DNA of 63,898 nt, filler included, from Lama guanicoe (GCA_013239625.1; 77 parts of 77 records of this genome joined end to end with filler, not necessarily neighbours in it), one strand, 5' to 3'; shown: positions 12,164 to 25,369, counted from the first letter of the whole stretch. Notes: generated from the sequence alone by a model not told the origin. Numbers and translations are program-made.

Positions 12164-13040
12164 GAACTCAGAATGTAGAACATGGAATGCAGAACACAGT
12201 ATTTAGAATATACACTAGAGTAGACTGTATATAGACATTAGAAAATACAATATAGAACACAGAATATAGAATATAGAATACATAATACTGGGTATACAAT
12301 TTAGAACATAGAATGCGGAACACAGAATTTCGAATATATATTACAGAATACTGAATATAGATTTAGAACATGGAATGAAGAACACAGAATTTAGAATAAA
12401 GAATACAAAATACTGAATATAGAATTTTGAATTTAGAATGTAGAACACAGAATGTAGAATATAGAATTCGAAATGCATAATATAGATTGTAGAACATCCA
12501 ATGAAAAATCCAAAATTTTGTATATAGAATTGAGAATATAGAACACAGAATTTAAACATGGAATATAGAACACATATTTAAGAATATAGTATACAGAATA
12601 CTTAATATAGAATTTAGAATATAGAATGTAGAAAACAGAATATAGAATAGAGAATAGAGAATGGAGAACCCAGAATTTAGAACATGGAAGGCAGAACACA
12701 GAATTTAGAATAAAGAATACAAAATAGTGAATATAGAATTTAGAATTTAGAATGTAGAACACAGAATATAGAATATAGAATTCAAAATGAAGAATATAGA
12801 CTGTAGAATATAGAAGGAAAAATCCCAAATTTGTATATAGAATTGAGAATACAGAACACACAATTTAAACATGGAATGTAGAACACATATTTAAAAATAT
12901 TGAATACAGAATACTGAATATAGAATTTAGAATATAGAAAGTACAGCACAGAATATAGAATATAGAATATAGAACACAGAAATTATAACACGGAATGCAG
13001 AACACAGAATTTAGAATATAGGATACAGAATACTGAATAT
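12164..13040 (+). repeat. Heptamer satellite, family C, with ~313-314-bp higher-order unit
   Basis: aataaagaatacaaaata at 12395 and 12709; aattgagaat at 12528 and 12841. Confidence 0.95.
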
Positions 13041-13469
13041 NNNNNNNNNNNNNNNNNNNNNNNNNNNNNNNNNNNNNNNNNNNNTTAATTAATTAANNNN
13101 NNNNNNNNNNNNNNNNNNNNNNNNNNNNNNNNNNNNNNNNTATGATAAACTTCTATTTTGAGATTTATATTACTTATAATGTGTTGTACATGAAAACATA
13201 TTTTGATTGGTAAAAAATGTGGCCAGAAGGTGGCGGTCTAGTAACAGGGGACCAGTGTTTGCCAGGAGTCAGTGTCTAGAAGAACTTTCCAGAGAGCTGT
13301 GTAGTAACGTATAGTGTGGACAGGTGAGGGCCTGGGGTGGCCCGGCCAGCAGCTGGGGGAGGAGGAAGTCCCCTGGGTTTCAGGAGCTGGAAATGGCTCA
13401 GNNNNNNNNNNNNNNNNNNNNNNNNNNTACAGATTGCTGTTTTTCTGCAGAGCAGCTTTAAAATAATCT

Positions 13470-13643
13470 TTTAAATTTTGCAGTAGTTTCAGACTTGAGA
13501 AAAAGAGGAAAGTACAGACAGTTCCCCCGTCTCCCACACCTAGTTTCCCCTAATGTAAATGTCACCTTGCGTTCGTGTCGTTCACTGTCACAATTAGTAC
13601 ACCTGCCCTGATACGTCTCTATTCACTGAAGTCCGTGTTTCAT
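13470..13643 (-). mobile_element. Old L1M 3' end
   Basis: tagtttcagacttgagaaaaa...aagtacagacagttcccc...cacacctagtttcccct. Confidence 0.55.
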
Positions 13644-13919
13644 NNNNNNNNNNNNNNNNNNNNNNNNNNNNNNNNNNNNNNNNNNNNTTAATTAATTAAN
13701 NNNNNNNNNNNNNNNNNNNNNNNNNNNNNNNNNNNNNNNNNNNGATGGTGTGCCCAAGGAAGCACTGCGTGGGTCGGAGGGAGGAGTGCCAGGGTCAGAC
13801 ACCGGGCCTGCAGGCAGGCAGTGAGGACATCTGTGCAGCGCAGGCGCCATGGAACTGAGACAAAGGGAGGCAGGTTTTGCAGCAGGGAGCCTGGGCAGTG
13901 CCGTGTTGCTCGTAAGAAG

Positions 13920-14188
13920 ATCCTGGGTTCTGTATCCACGAAGTCTTTGGCTTGATTCCTGACCCTAACCCTCATCTTGGGCAAATGTTTGAAGATGCAC
14001 CTCTGTTTCTTGGTGTCCCAAATGAAGACAATAGTAGCAATTACGTCTGAGAGTCAGGAGGGCCTTTATAGGTGTCATTGCATTACGCTCACAGCAGCCC
14101 ACAAGCACGGTTTATGTCCCCCATTTTACACGTGGCAGGCGGGTAACCTTTTAATCAGTAATCACGCAGCTAAGAATGGTCAGAACCA
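13920..14188. mobile_element. MIR remnants
   Basis: cttgggcaaatg...cctctgtttctt...aaatgaagacaatagtag and tgtccccattttaca core-like segments. Confidence 0.5.
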
Positions 14189-14624
14189 NNNNNNNNNNNN
14201 NNNNNNNNNNNNNNNNNNNNNNNNNNNNNNNNTTAATTAATTAANNNNNNNNNNNNNNNNNNNNNNNNNNNNNNNNNNNNNNNNNNNNATGGGGGATACA
14301 TAGCAGCCAGAGAGTTAAGGGTGATGTGCTCTCTGCTAGTCAGAAGTTTATTTTATTAGTAATGTGTAGTCATTGAGAAGATTGAAACAAAAAGCATGGT
14401 CAGTTGTGTTTTAGTAAGAATATTCTGCTAACAATGTAAAAGTTTTGGGGGAAGGGAGGGGTACGACCTACAGCAGTGATTCACTATCCAGATAGATTGT
14501 AATAAAAGAGTTACACAGAGAGTTAAAAAAAAAAAAACCTCCACATATTCTGGTTAACATCCCAAACTTAAAGAATCACATAGGACTGGAACTTGAGAAG
14601 CTATGTTTTTTAAAAGCCCACTTA

Positions 14625-14797
14625 GTAGTTATATATTGCTAGATAAAAAGTTATCACAAAACTTGCAGCTAAAACAACAAACATTCATTATCTCAGAGTT
14701 TCTATGGGTCAAGAATTGGAACATTGGAGCAGGCCTTTAGCTTCAAAGTCTCTCACAAGGATGTAATCAGGATGTTGGCCAGGACTGGAGTTTCATG
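14625..14797. mobile_element. MLT1 (MaLR) LTR fragment
   Basis: tagttatatattgct...cacaaaactt..agctaaaacaacaaacattcattatctcagagtttctatgggtcaagaatt...ggatgttggccaggactgg. Confidence 0.75.
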
Positions 14798-15024
14798 TGA
14801 TAACTGTGATCAAACACTGTAGAAAATGTTTTTTCAACTTCAAGAATTAAAGTCAAGCCAAGTGTACGGATTTATCATAATACAATGTTTAAAAATGATG
14901 ATAAAAATACAACTAGAAATTTATNNNNNNNNNNNNNNNNNNNNNNNNNNNNNNNNNNNNNNNNNNNNTTAATTAATTAANNNNNNNNNNNNNNNNNNNN
15001 NNNNNNNNNNNNNNNNNNNNNNNN

Positions 15025-15593
15025 TGTATTCTATATTCTAAATTCTGTGTTCTGCATTCTATGTACTAAATTCAGGTTTCTATATTCCTCTTTCTATATT
15101 CTATATACTGTGGTTTAAATTCTATATTATAATTCAATATTCAGTATTCTGAACACAATATTCTAAATTCTGTGTTCTGCAAACTTTGTTGTAAATTCTA
15201 TATTCAGATGTTCTGCAATCATTGTTGTAAATTCTATATTCAGTATTCTGTATTCTATATTCTAAATTCAGTGTTCTGCAATCTATGTACTAAATTCTAT
15301 ATTCAGTATTTTGTATTCTAGATTCTAAATCCTGTGTTCTGCATTACATCTTCTATATTCTGTGACCTGTATGCTGTCTTCCATATTCTATACTCTGTGT
15401 TCTAAATTCTATATTCTGTATTCTAAATTCTGCATTCCTTATTGTATATTCTATATTGTGTGTTCTATATTCTATATTCTAAATTCTATATTCAGTAATC
15501 TACATTCTATAGTCTAAATTATACATTCAGTATTCTGCATTGTCTATTCTATATTCTTTGCTCTGCATTCCATGTTCTAAATTCTGGCTTCTA
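15025..15593 (-). repeat. Heptamer satellite, family C
   Basis: ATATTCT-variant units. Confidence 0.97.
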
Positions 15594-15693
15594 NNNNNNN
15601 NNNNNNNNNNNNNNNNNNNNNNNNNNNNNNNNNNNNNTTAATTAATTAANNNNNNNNNNNNNNNNNNNNNNNNNNNNNNNNNNNNNNNNNNNN

Positions 15694-15818
15694 ATTTTAT
15701 TGAGTTATAGACAGTTTTCAATGTTGAGTCAATTTCTGGTGTTCACCACAATTTTTCAGTCATACCTGAATATACATGTATTCATTTTCATATTCTTTTT
15801 CACTGTGAGCTACTACCA
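15694..15818 (-). mobile_element. Lineage-specific L1 3' terminus
   Basis: Antisense of gtagctcacagtgaaaaagaatatgaaaatgaata...ccagaaattgac...ctataactcaataaaat; homologous to 23693-23870. Confidence 0.85.
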
Positions 15819-17281
15819 GGACAGTTACTGTTTAAGTGAAAAAATAAACAATTCCCTCAAAATGAGGAGAGAATGTCAGAAAACAGAAAGAGAGGAGTTT
15901 TAAATTTTCAAACACTGCAATACATTTCTGAGGGGTCCTAACTGACACATATTTCTGAGCACTGGACCCAGGAGATTCAAAGATCATTTCACCAGGAAGA
16001 GGAAATATTGTTGGTCTTCTATATATGCTGTGTGTCAGAAAGAATAAGAGTGAAAATGGTATCACGTAATACCTATACATACTGTAATACCTAAGAGCTA
16101 TTGGCGCCCTCTCTCAGGGATAAAAGTGCTACACATCATTGGTCTTGCATCGGAACTTTGTCGTTTTTCAGGACTCANNNNNNNNNNNNNNNNNNNNNNN
16201 NNNNNNNNNNNNNNNNNNNNNTTAATTAATTAANNNNNNNNNNNNNNNNNNNNNNNNNNNNNNNNNNNNNNNNNNNNAGCCGGCGTTTCACCGTGGTCCA
16301 GGGCCTTGTCCACAGCATTCTTCCACGAAAAGTGTGCATGGACAAGAGACAACAGCCGCACATCAGGAGACCCCTCCAATCTATCTGAAAGGACCGGGTG
16401 AGTCTTTAGTGGGAGGACGTCTATGATATACACCTGAGTGTATAAAGCGAGCTGCAGAAAAACATATAGCATGGCCTTATTTTTCAATAAAGCTTATATA
16501 CACACAGGTATANNNNNNNNNNNNNNNNNNNNNNNNNNNNNNNNNNNNNNNNNNNNNNNNNNNNNNNNNNNNNNNNNNNNNNNNNNNNNNNNNNNNNNNN
16601 NNNNNNNNNNNNNNNNNNNNNNNNNNNNNNNNNNNNNNNNNNNNNNNNNNNNNNNNNNNNNNNNNNNNNNNNTTGGAATTTAAAAGTTTATTTAAGTCCG
16701 AAGTAAAATGGACGATGCTTCCACAAGACAGAATGCTATACTGGTCATCAAAAATCTTGCCAGGGGAGATAGAATATTGTAGAAAAACATATAATAAGCC
16801 GAATGGAAACTGAAGGTGTCCACACAGAAAACAGGCACAGAGTGCTCTCAGGTTTTCTATGACAGAGGTGATACTCAATGACGAAATGATAGGAAAAAGA
16901 CGTTAACGTGTTAATTATTATCTTTGATTAGCGGGACCAGGATAGCCCCTTTTGCCCCCTTTTTCAGACTTATTATTTTAAATGCACATTCTTTTTCATC
17001 TGAAAAAAGCATTTTCAGGTGTGTAGTACCACGCGTTGGAGAATAATACATGAATACTTAAAGAAACAGGTAACTAGGAGACAAGGCAGCAGCGTCACAC
17101 AATGTACAACAAGCGATCCTGATTAACACCATGCAGTTACAAAAGGACCCACAAAGTGAGAGCACCTGCTGTAACAGGGCGNNNNNNNNNNNNNNNNNNN
17201 NNNNNNNNNNNNNNNNNNNNNNNNNTTAATTAATTAANNNNNNNNNNNNNNNNNNNNNNNNNNNNNNNNNNNNNNNNNNNN

Positions 17282-18066
17282 ACAATGAAACAGACCATCC
17301 AGTCTACTAAAACCCAAATTCAAAAAAAAAAGAGGTAATAAAAATGCTAAAGAAATTAAGAAAGCTTATCTATAGAAATTCATATTACTGTAACAAAGAA
17401 CTAGAAATAATAAAGAGGAACTAATCAAAGTTAGACTACCCAATTGCCAACGTAAAAACCAAGCTAAAAGCAATGAATAACAGGCTAAATAATGCAGAAC
17501 AAATAAATAATCTGGCAGATAGAATAATGGAAATCAAGTAACTAGAATAGCAGGCAATCAATCAATCAATCAATCAATCAAAGAAAACAGCATATGAGAT
17601 CTATGGAACAATATAAAACTTGCAAACCTATGCATAATAGAGGTTCCAGAAGGAGAAGAAACAGAAAAACAAATCAAAAATGTGTTTGAACAAATTATGA
17701 CTGAAATTTCCTAAACCTAAAGAAGGAAACAGATATCCAAGTACAAGAAGCAATAATGATCTCAAACAACATAAACTCAAACAGACCTACACAAAAACAT
17801 ATAATTAAAATGACAAAAGTTAAGTATAAAGAGAAGATTCTAAAGTCAGCAACTAAAGTCAGGATAAATAAAGAGTAATTTACAAAGAAACCCCTGTAAG
17901 TTATCAGCTGATTTCTCTACAGAAACTTTGCAGTCTAGAAAGAGGTGGCAAGATACATTCAAAGTCCTGTAAGGGAAAAATCTTCATCCTAAGATACTCT
18001 ATCCAGAAAGATTATCGTTTAGAATAGGAGGAGAAACTAAGATTTTCTCAAACAAGCAAAAACTAA
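17282..18066 (+). mobile_element. Degraded LINE-1 ORF1, containing a (CAAT)n microsatellite at ~17555-17580
   Basis: gagatctatggaacaatataaa...cataatagaggttccagaaggagaaga...tcagctgatttctctacagaaactttgcag (LWDNIK..IIGVPEGEE..SADFSTETLQ). Confidence 0.9.
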
Positions 18067-18166
18067 NNNNNNNNNNNNNNNNNNNNNNNNNNNNNNNNNN
18101 NNNNNNNNNNTTAATTAATTAANNNNNNNNNNNNNNNNNNNNNNNNNNNNNNNNNNNNNNNNNNNN

Positions 18167-18695
18167 TCAGAGAACTTGTGCTGCCAAGGGAAACAAGGAG
18201 CTCAGATTTGGCACACAGCATAGGCAGGGCTGTTCCGTGGTCTTCCCCGAGCCCACCTACAGACCGCCTACCAAAGGCAGAGCAGGCAGCTGCACAGAGC
18301 AGCGGAGCGACCAGCACCAGGAGAAGGCAGGTGGGCAGCCACTCACCTTCCTGGCAGGAACACAGCACCTGACCACGGTGCTGGGACNNNNNNNNNNNNN
18401 NNNNNNNNNNNNNNNNNNNNNNNNNNNNNNNNNNNNNNNNNNNNNNNNNNNNCCCACCCACTAGAGCTCAGCTCCTGACCTAGTGTTAGGAGGGGGCACA
18501 ATCTGCTGGCCAACAGCCACTGAGAGCAGCACAGATGAGGGCACCAACAGAAGGCCTATGAAACAGCAAGCTGAGCTCGTGAAGCAGGGTAAAGACACAA
18601 AGACCTCTCAATAAAATCATTAAGGGCATACCATCTCCAGGATACTTAGGTAACTGCTACTCCTTAAGCCACTGTGCCAGAGAGATATGAGCAAT
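18167..18695 (+). mobile_element. Probable camelid LINE-1 5'UTR ending at the ORF1 start (ATGAGCAAT)
   Basis: GC-rich UTR-like sequence ending ccttaagccactgtgccagagagatATGAGCAAT, recalled from young camelid L1. Confidence 0.55.
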
Positions 18696-18795
18696 NNNNN
18701 NNNNNNNNNNNNNNNNNNNNNNNNNNNNNNNNNNNNNNNTTAATTAATTAANNNNNNNNNNNNNNNNNNNNNNNNNNNNNNNNNNNNNNNNNNNN

Positions 18796-19601
18796 CCGAG
18801 CAAGGAACACCTGTGACTGAAGAGAGTTGCGTGGAGTTTTCTCTACAGCTCCCCCACTCAATAACAATGGTTCCGGAATGCTGAGCGTGGGGAAGTTCCA
18901 CCAACGGTCGGCATCGCGTGGGTTCTAACGGAATGCCTGTGCTCGTCTCCCCTGAGGGTTTTCCTCATGTCTCTGTGCCAGGGAATGCTAGGGGTGGTTG
19001 CAGGAAATCCCACTNNNNNNNNNNNNNNNNNNNNNNNNNNNNNNNNNNNNNNNNNNNNNNNNNNNNNNNNNNNNNNNNNNNNNNNNNNNNNNNNNNNNNN
19101 NNNNNNNNNNNNNNNNNNNNNNNNNNNNNNNNNNNNNNNNNNNGGAGGTTCCACCAAGGGTCGACAGCGCGTGGGGTCTAACGGAATGCCTGTGCTCGTC
19201 TCCCCTGAGGGTTTTCCTCATGTCTCTGTGCCAGGGAATTCTAGGGGTTTTGCAGGAAATCCCAGTGAGAGTGGCGGCCTCCCCAAGGTCTGGGAAGGTT
19301 TTTCTCGGACTTCCCGGAGCAGTGATCACCTGTGACTGAAGAGAGCTGCGTGGAGTTTTCTCTACAGCTCCCCCACTCAATGACAATGGTTCCGGAATCC
19401 TGAGCGTGGGGAGGTTCCGACAACGGTCGGCAGCGCGTGGGTTCTAACGGAATGCCTGTGCTCGTCTCCCCTGAGGGTTTTCCTCATGTCTCTGTGGCAG
19501 GGAATGCTAGACGGGTTGCAGGAAATCCCAATGACAGAGGCTGCCTCCCCACGCTGAGGGAAGGTATTTCTCGGACTTCCCCGTGCAAGGAACACCTGTG
19601 A
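18796..19601 (+). repeat. ~266-bp satellite, homogeneous CpG-rich form (family B)
   Basis: cagcgcgtggg at 19165 and 19431; cacctgtga at 19327 and 19593 (period 266); copies nearly identical. Confidence 0.95.
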
Positions 19602-19870
19602 NNNNNNNNNNNNNNNNNNNNNNNNNNNNNNNNNNNNNNNNNNNNTTAATTAATTAANNNNNNNNNNNNNNNNNNNNNNNNNNNNNNNNNNNNNNNNNNN
19701 NTGGCAGAAAGCTTGTGAAAAAAATGACCCCGCTTTACTTATTTCTCACCACCGGTTTTGAAGCTGTGGTGACACGCTAAGAAAAAGACACACTTGAAAT
19801 ACCTCTCTTTTCATTTGAATCACTTGCATGTGTCTGACTATTCTGGGCTCTTTTGTTTATTATCTTCTAG

Positions 19871-20058
19871 GGCATTTTGCTGAGATGGCTGCTAGCCTCA
19901 AGCGTCCCGACTCGGGAGCCTCTGGCCTCCCTGGGCCACCTGGACCCCCCGGTCCCCTAGGACCCCCGGAGAGAATGGTTTTCCTGGCCATAAGGGACAT
20001 CGTGGCCTCCCAGGCATGAAGGGTCCCCTAGGGGCTCTCGGTTTGAGGGGACCTGAAG
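19871..20058 (+). pseudogene. COL9A1: COL9A1 exon (NC2/COL1 boundary) copy with a 1-bp frameshift
   Basis: Acceptor tcttctAG, donor GTAAGG. Encodes [21 protein letters not shown]..., and after the frameshift [30 protein letters not shown]. Length is 188 bp (not a multiple of 3); the C-run at 19963-19967 is one base short. Confidence 0.85.
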
Positions 20059-21774
20059 GTAAGGCATTTTGCCCCCGTGGAACCAGGGACGTACACTGCC
20101 CTTTTTCAGATGAATTCACGTGTCCTAGCAAGCGCCAGCTGTCTGCGCGGTAAGATGGATTGCTCGCTTTTCACAGTGGTGATGGTCAGGACTGGAAAAC
20201 TGTTGTTTGATATTTTCTTGACCTTGGTGTATGACAACAGTAGACCAAACACCAGAATTAAGGTCCCTTGCCTTTTGGTGCCAGAGCCAGTGTTTTTCAG
20301 TTACAGTCTGCCTTAACCATAGTTCAAAATAAACCTCATGGGATCTGGTAAAGGATCATTCAGGTTTTTATTTTTATCGAGACCCCTAGAATCATCATAG
20401 AGTTGTTCTGAGATGGCAACCAGCCCTTGAAGATTTGTGCGTGTCAACTTAAACCAACAGTTTGTTAGGACGTCAGAAAGGTCACATCAGGAGTTAACGC
20501 GGCCTCCCCCACCCCCCACTTTCTTGCCTCCCTCTTCTTTTAAAGGGTGACACTGGCTGTCAGATTTGAGGGACTGTTTTTGTTCAGCTCTGAAATTCAG
20601 TCTAACTTTATTCCTTATTTAAGGTNNNNNNNNNNNNNNNNNNNNNNNNNNNNNNNNNNNNNNNNNNNNTTAATTAATTAANNNNNNNNNNNNNNNNNNN
20701 NNNNNNNNNNNNNNNNNNNNNNNNNGCTTTTCTTGCCCACTGATTTTGAAAGCAGGGTATGGAAGTTGATTGGCTGCTGATGGGAGAATCTGGCCTCTAA
20801 ATCAGAGTCACTAATGGCACAACTGTGCCACTGTAACTAGTGCGTAACAAATAAGGAAGATTTGGGGGTCCCCTGAGACACTAGTCTTCTACAGTTGATG
20901 CCATCAGGCAGGGAAGAAGGTANNNNNNNNNNNNNNNNNNNNNNNNNNNNNNNNNNNNNNNNNNNNNNNNNNNNNNNNNNNNNNNNNNNNNNNNNNNNNN
21001 NNNNNNNNNNNNNNNNNNNNNNNNNNNNNNNNNNNNNNNNNNNNNNNNNNNNNNNNNNNNNNCACAGCAGTCGGTGGGCCCAGGACAGCAGCGGTTTGCA
21101 GCCCTGTGGTGCAGGACTTTATTCTCCATGGAAAGGAGGTGATCGTTTCCTCCACGGAAACCAAGTTGCTTTGCTCCTAATTTCCCTTCACTCTCTATCC
21201 TTTTTCATCAGTGTGGGAAACATCAAGAATAGTTATTCTTGCTCATTCACAACTGAATGCGACATCCACAATGTGTGAAAAGTGAAAATCTCAGTCCATT
21301 TATCAACAGTTTGCTTCACATTAGGACAAAAAAAAAATATCAAAACTGGTCTGGTAGATTTTCTCCCCTAAATGGAAGAATCACAGTATTTATAGAGTAT
21401 TTTTCTATTTTCCAATCATTCTCACATGGTAAGCACTTCATAAATATTTGTTGAGTAGATGAATGAAAACACACATGCCTTTATACATAAATTTGGATTC
21501 CTTGAGACACGCAGGAGGTAAGTTGTGGTAGGCGAGGTAAGCATCACTTTCTGTACACATGGGTGAGGAAGAAACACAGATGAAATGTTCACATGAGGCT
21601 ACAGAGGAGGACAATTACAGAGCTTGGCGTCAGCTCTGTAACCCCACGACGGCACGTTGTGAGTGTGGAAGTGANNNNNNNNNNNNNNNNNNNNNNNNNN
21701 NNNNNNNNNNNNNNNNNNTTAATTAATTAANNNNNNNNNNNNNNNNNNNNNNNNNNNNNNNNNNNNNNNNNNNN

Positions 21775-22496
21775 AGAAGAATGAGAAGGAGGGGCAGTAA
21801 AAGGAAATGGCTGCAAAGGGCAGGTCATGCAGGCTCTCAGAGGCCATTTTAAGAATTTTGGCCTCGCCTCATATCAAAGGAAAATCTATACAGTGTTTCA
21901 AGCAGAAGAATGGCATCATCTGACTTACACTGTTAAAAATCTTTCTGATTGTGTGTTGTGAACTGATTTAAGGGGGGCAAACAGAAAAGCCAAGGAGGGA
22001 AGGGATGATGAAACCCACAGGATAGCATCTGAGATGCAGTAGTGGTGAAAAGGGATCAGATTATGAATATAATTTGAAGATAGAATGCAACGGATTTTTT
22101 TTCGTGCAGTGTGAGAGAAACAAGGAATGAAAGTTGATTTTGTAACTTTGTCCAAACAAGTAGAAGGAAACAATTAATATCAACTGAAATGGGAAAGGCT
22201 GTGAGAATTGTAAGTATTGGAGTAAGATCAGGAGTTTTATTCTGAATGTGATGGATATGAGTTACCTGAGACAACCAGTTGGGGAAAGTGAATAGGCAGT
22301 TGGATACATGAGTCTGTTTAGGACAGAGGTCTGGGCTGGAGATGTAATTTAAGCATCATCCACATATAGATCTTATTTGGAGACTGGATTAGACTGGGTA
22401 AGAGAGGTTAGGCAAAAGAAGAAGAACCAACAATGATGACAAAAGATTGCAGTAGGAGGAAATCCAAGAGAGTGTGATGTACTGAAAACCAAGTAA
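21775..22496 (-). mobile_element. L2 fragment
   Basis: aagcagaagaatggcatcatctgacttaca...aactgaaatgggaaaggct...gtgaataggcagttggatacatgagtctg...gaggtctgggctggagat. Confidence 0.85.
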
Positions 22497-22619
22497 NNNN
22501 NNNNNNNNNNNNNNNNNNNNNNNNNNNNNNNNNNNNNNNNTTAATTAATTAANNNNNNNNNNNNNNNNNNNNNNNNNNNNNNNNNNNNNNNNNNNNCAGT
22601 AAGTGGATCCCTTAATTCT

Positions 22620-23165
22620 TATGGCAGACATTTACTGAGCCCCTGCTTTCTTTCTAACTCTGTCCTAGGTAATGAGGACAAATCTAAGTCCATGTTATTA
22701 TGGAACTTACATTCAAGTGGTGGAGGGATGTGTCAATAAATGATAGTGTGAAGGAAGGTAAAGCAGGGCTAGAAGGAGTGTGATTGGGACATAGGCTTTC
22801 AGACAGGATGATGAGAGACAGCTTGTGAAGAAATTGAGTACATATCTGAATGAAGTGTGGCAGCCATCCCTGCTCTGGGGGAGGATGGTCCAGGCAGAGG
22901 GACAGGTGTTGAGGCTCATGTGGCTGCAGAGTAAGGGGCAAGTGGCAGAATGTAAGGTGAGACAGATATGGGAGTGGAGTAGGGGAAATGCAGCCTCCTG
23001 GAAGGATCACAGCAGCCTTGTACGCCATGGCTAGGACTTCGAGCAGCTGGGAAACCTTTGGAAGGTTTTGAGTGGAGACTGACATGATATGACTTCACTT
23101 CAACATTATTCCTCCGGCTGCTGTGTGAAAAGGAGACTGCAGTGGGGCGAGAGCGGAGGCCAGTT
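22620..23165 (-). mobile_element. L2 3' fragment
   Basis: catttactgagc...tgtcctaggt...ggaacttacattc...ccaggcagagggacag...ggaaggttttgag...gacatgatatgacttcac. Confidence 0.85.
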
Positions 23166-23692
23166 ATTTGTCATGAGTTTTGACTGTCTAGAACCTTTTA
23201 AATACTTGCTTTGTTTGGTACATTTTCAGCCTTAAGAATTTCATCTCCCTAGTTTAGACTCCTCAGCCTTTCATTTGCAACTAGGACACAGACATGCACA
23301 CTAGTCTTCTTAAGTAGCTCCTCTAATCAGGAGCATCTCTGGAGACCTGGCTTCTGACTGAGCAGGCATGGATGCTTGCTGATGTCTTGCCAATACTGTG
23401 CACCTTTCAGACAGTGGTGACAGGTTTCCCCCTAGTCATTTAAAGCTTGTGTTTGGGGTACACAAGGGGCATTGGACAGGCAGGGCTCTCCACTAGGGTT
23501 GATGCTTTTCACAAGATATTTTGGGGGTAATTATGGGATACATTCCTGCTTCTGGGAATACCTGGATTGTCTTGAGGAAGATAAAGGTGGGGNNNNNNNN
23601 NNNNNNNNNNNNNNNNNNNNNNNNNNNNNNNNNNNNTTAATTAATTAANNNNNNNNNNNNNNNNNNNNNNNNNNNNNNNNNNNNNNNNNNNN

Positions 23693-23870
23693 GATTATAC
23701 TGTATAGCACAGGGAAATATATACATGATCTTGTGGTAGCTAACAGCAAAAAAAAAATGTGACAATGAATATCTGTATGTTCATATATAACTGAAAAACT
23801 GTGCTCTACACTGGAATTTGACACATTGTAAAATGACTATAACTCAATAAAAAATGTTAAAAAAAATTGA
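23693..23870 (+). mobile_element. Young lineage-specific L1 3' terminus with poly(A) signal and tail
   Basis: tactgtatagcacagggaaatatatac...gacacattgtaaaatgactataactcAATAAAaaatgttaaaaaaaa. Confidence 0.9.
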
Positions 23871-25369
23871 AGACGTTTGTCTCAATAAACTCTATTCCAT
23901 TTTATTTAAAGTCAGAGCTATAACGGACCATATTGGTAATCAACTGATACTCACAAGGTATGACAATTTGGCTCAAGGTCAATGTAAAATAACCTACCCC
24001 AAACTTACGTAAAAGGATGAGAACTTTAAAAAAAAGCTACTGGTATTTTTGACAATAATTGACACTTTTGATGGTGTAAGTGAGGAGGTCAAGAATTAAA
24101 TTGGCTATAAAATAACCTCAGCAGTCTTGCTTCTAGCAATTTTCCCTAAACTAGGGAGGTGTTACTGAGGAACAGAGTTTATGGAGAAGAATAGAAAAGA
24201 GAATGATATTACATTGATAAAGTTTTTTTTAATCTGTATGATTTATTAAGTTAAACGGGCATAAATCATTTTTCAGTGTTATACTACTCCCTCTTAATAC
24301 ATTAATACAAAGAATAAAAACAAATAAAAATTCATCACAGCAAAATATTTCTTATAAGATGAAATTATTCTACTGAGAAAACAAGTCGTGCCATTTTCTA
24401 ACAGTTTACTGTGATGTTTACTTAATTGTCAGGAAATGAAGTAACAAAAAAATTTTAAAAATGAACAAAAGAAGAAGTGAAGTATCAGTTCTCAATAAAG
24501 AGCAGTTAAGGATCACTAGGACATCCCAACTCAGTTTCCTGTTTTGTGTTGTAAAGTTCAATTTCTCTAACAAGTTCAATGCCTGACTTGTCAGAACCAC
24601 CATCGCACTTTCCAGCCCCGGAAANNNNNNNNNNNNNNNNNNNNNNNNNNNNNNNNNNNNNNNNNNNNTTAATTAATTAANNNNNNNNNNNNNNNNNNNN
24701 NNNNNNNNNNNNNNNNNNNNNNNNAATTGAACTGGACTCTGTCCAGGACCTGGCCTCTCTCTCCCACCCCCATTCAACCCCTGGCCCTGAGGAGGAGTTG
24801 GAGATCGTCTCACAGCATCTCTCATGGGCCCAACCTTCCCCTGAGAACCCCAGGGGCTCAACCCTGACTTTGTGGGTGCTCTGAGGCTGGGTCCCTTGGG
24901 GAGGTGTAGACACTGCCAGTGCTGGAGGGGTGCTGTGGTCCAGTGTCTGCAGGCCCTTCCCACCTCTCTTCTCCTGGCTCTTTTACTGCCCTTCTTCTCT
25001 GATATATAGAAACTCTTCAAGCCTTGGCTCCTCCTAAAGCCTTGAGGTGGCTTTGAGGGGAACCTCAGCCATAGGAGGCAGGTATCAGCGTACAGCCTGC
25101 CCACCCCATCTGGGCTCCTGTTATTCTTGCAGACTGAATGACGCCTGATGGCACTTGCTCAGACTCACTGTTTTCTTCTTATTACATTGCTTTCCCCCCT
25201 TGGCTCTAAGATCCAGTCCTCCAGGAAGGACACCCTGATCTCCACTTGTCTGCAGACTCCTCCCTCTCCCACGAAGCTGGTTCCTTGGTTACATGCTCTC
25301 ATAGACATGCATCTCCTTCCCTCAGCCTGCTCTCAGCTTGAAGGGCTGATCCTTGATGGACACTTACTC

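Noticed and set aside
19304..19318. Possible CENP-B box in satellite B (ctcggacttcccgga)
   Set aside because: Only 6 of 9 core positions of TTCG....A..CGGG match, and the CpG spacing is not kept in the other monomers.
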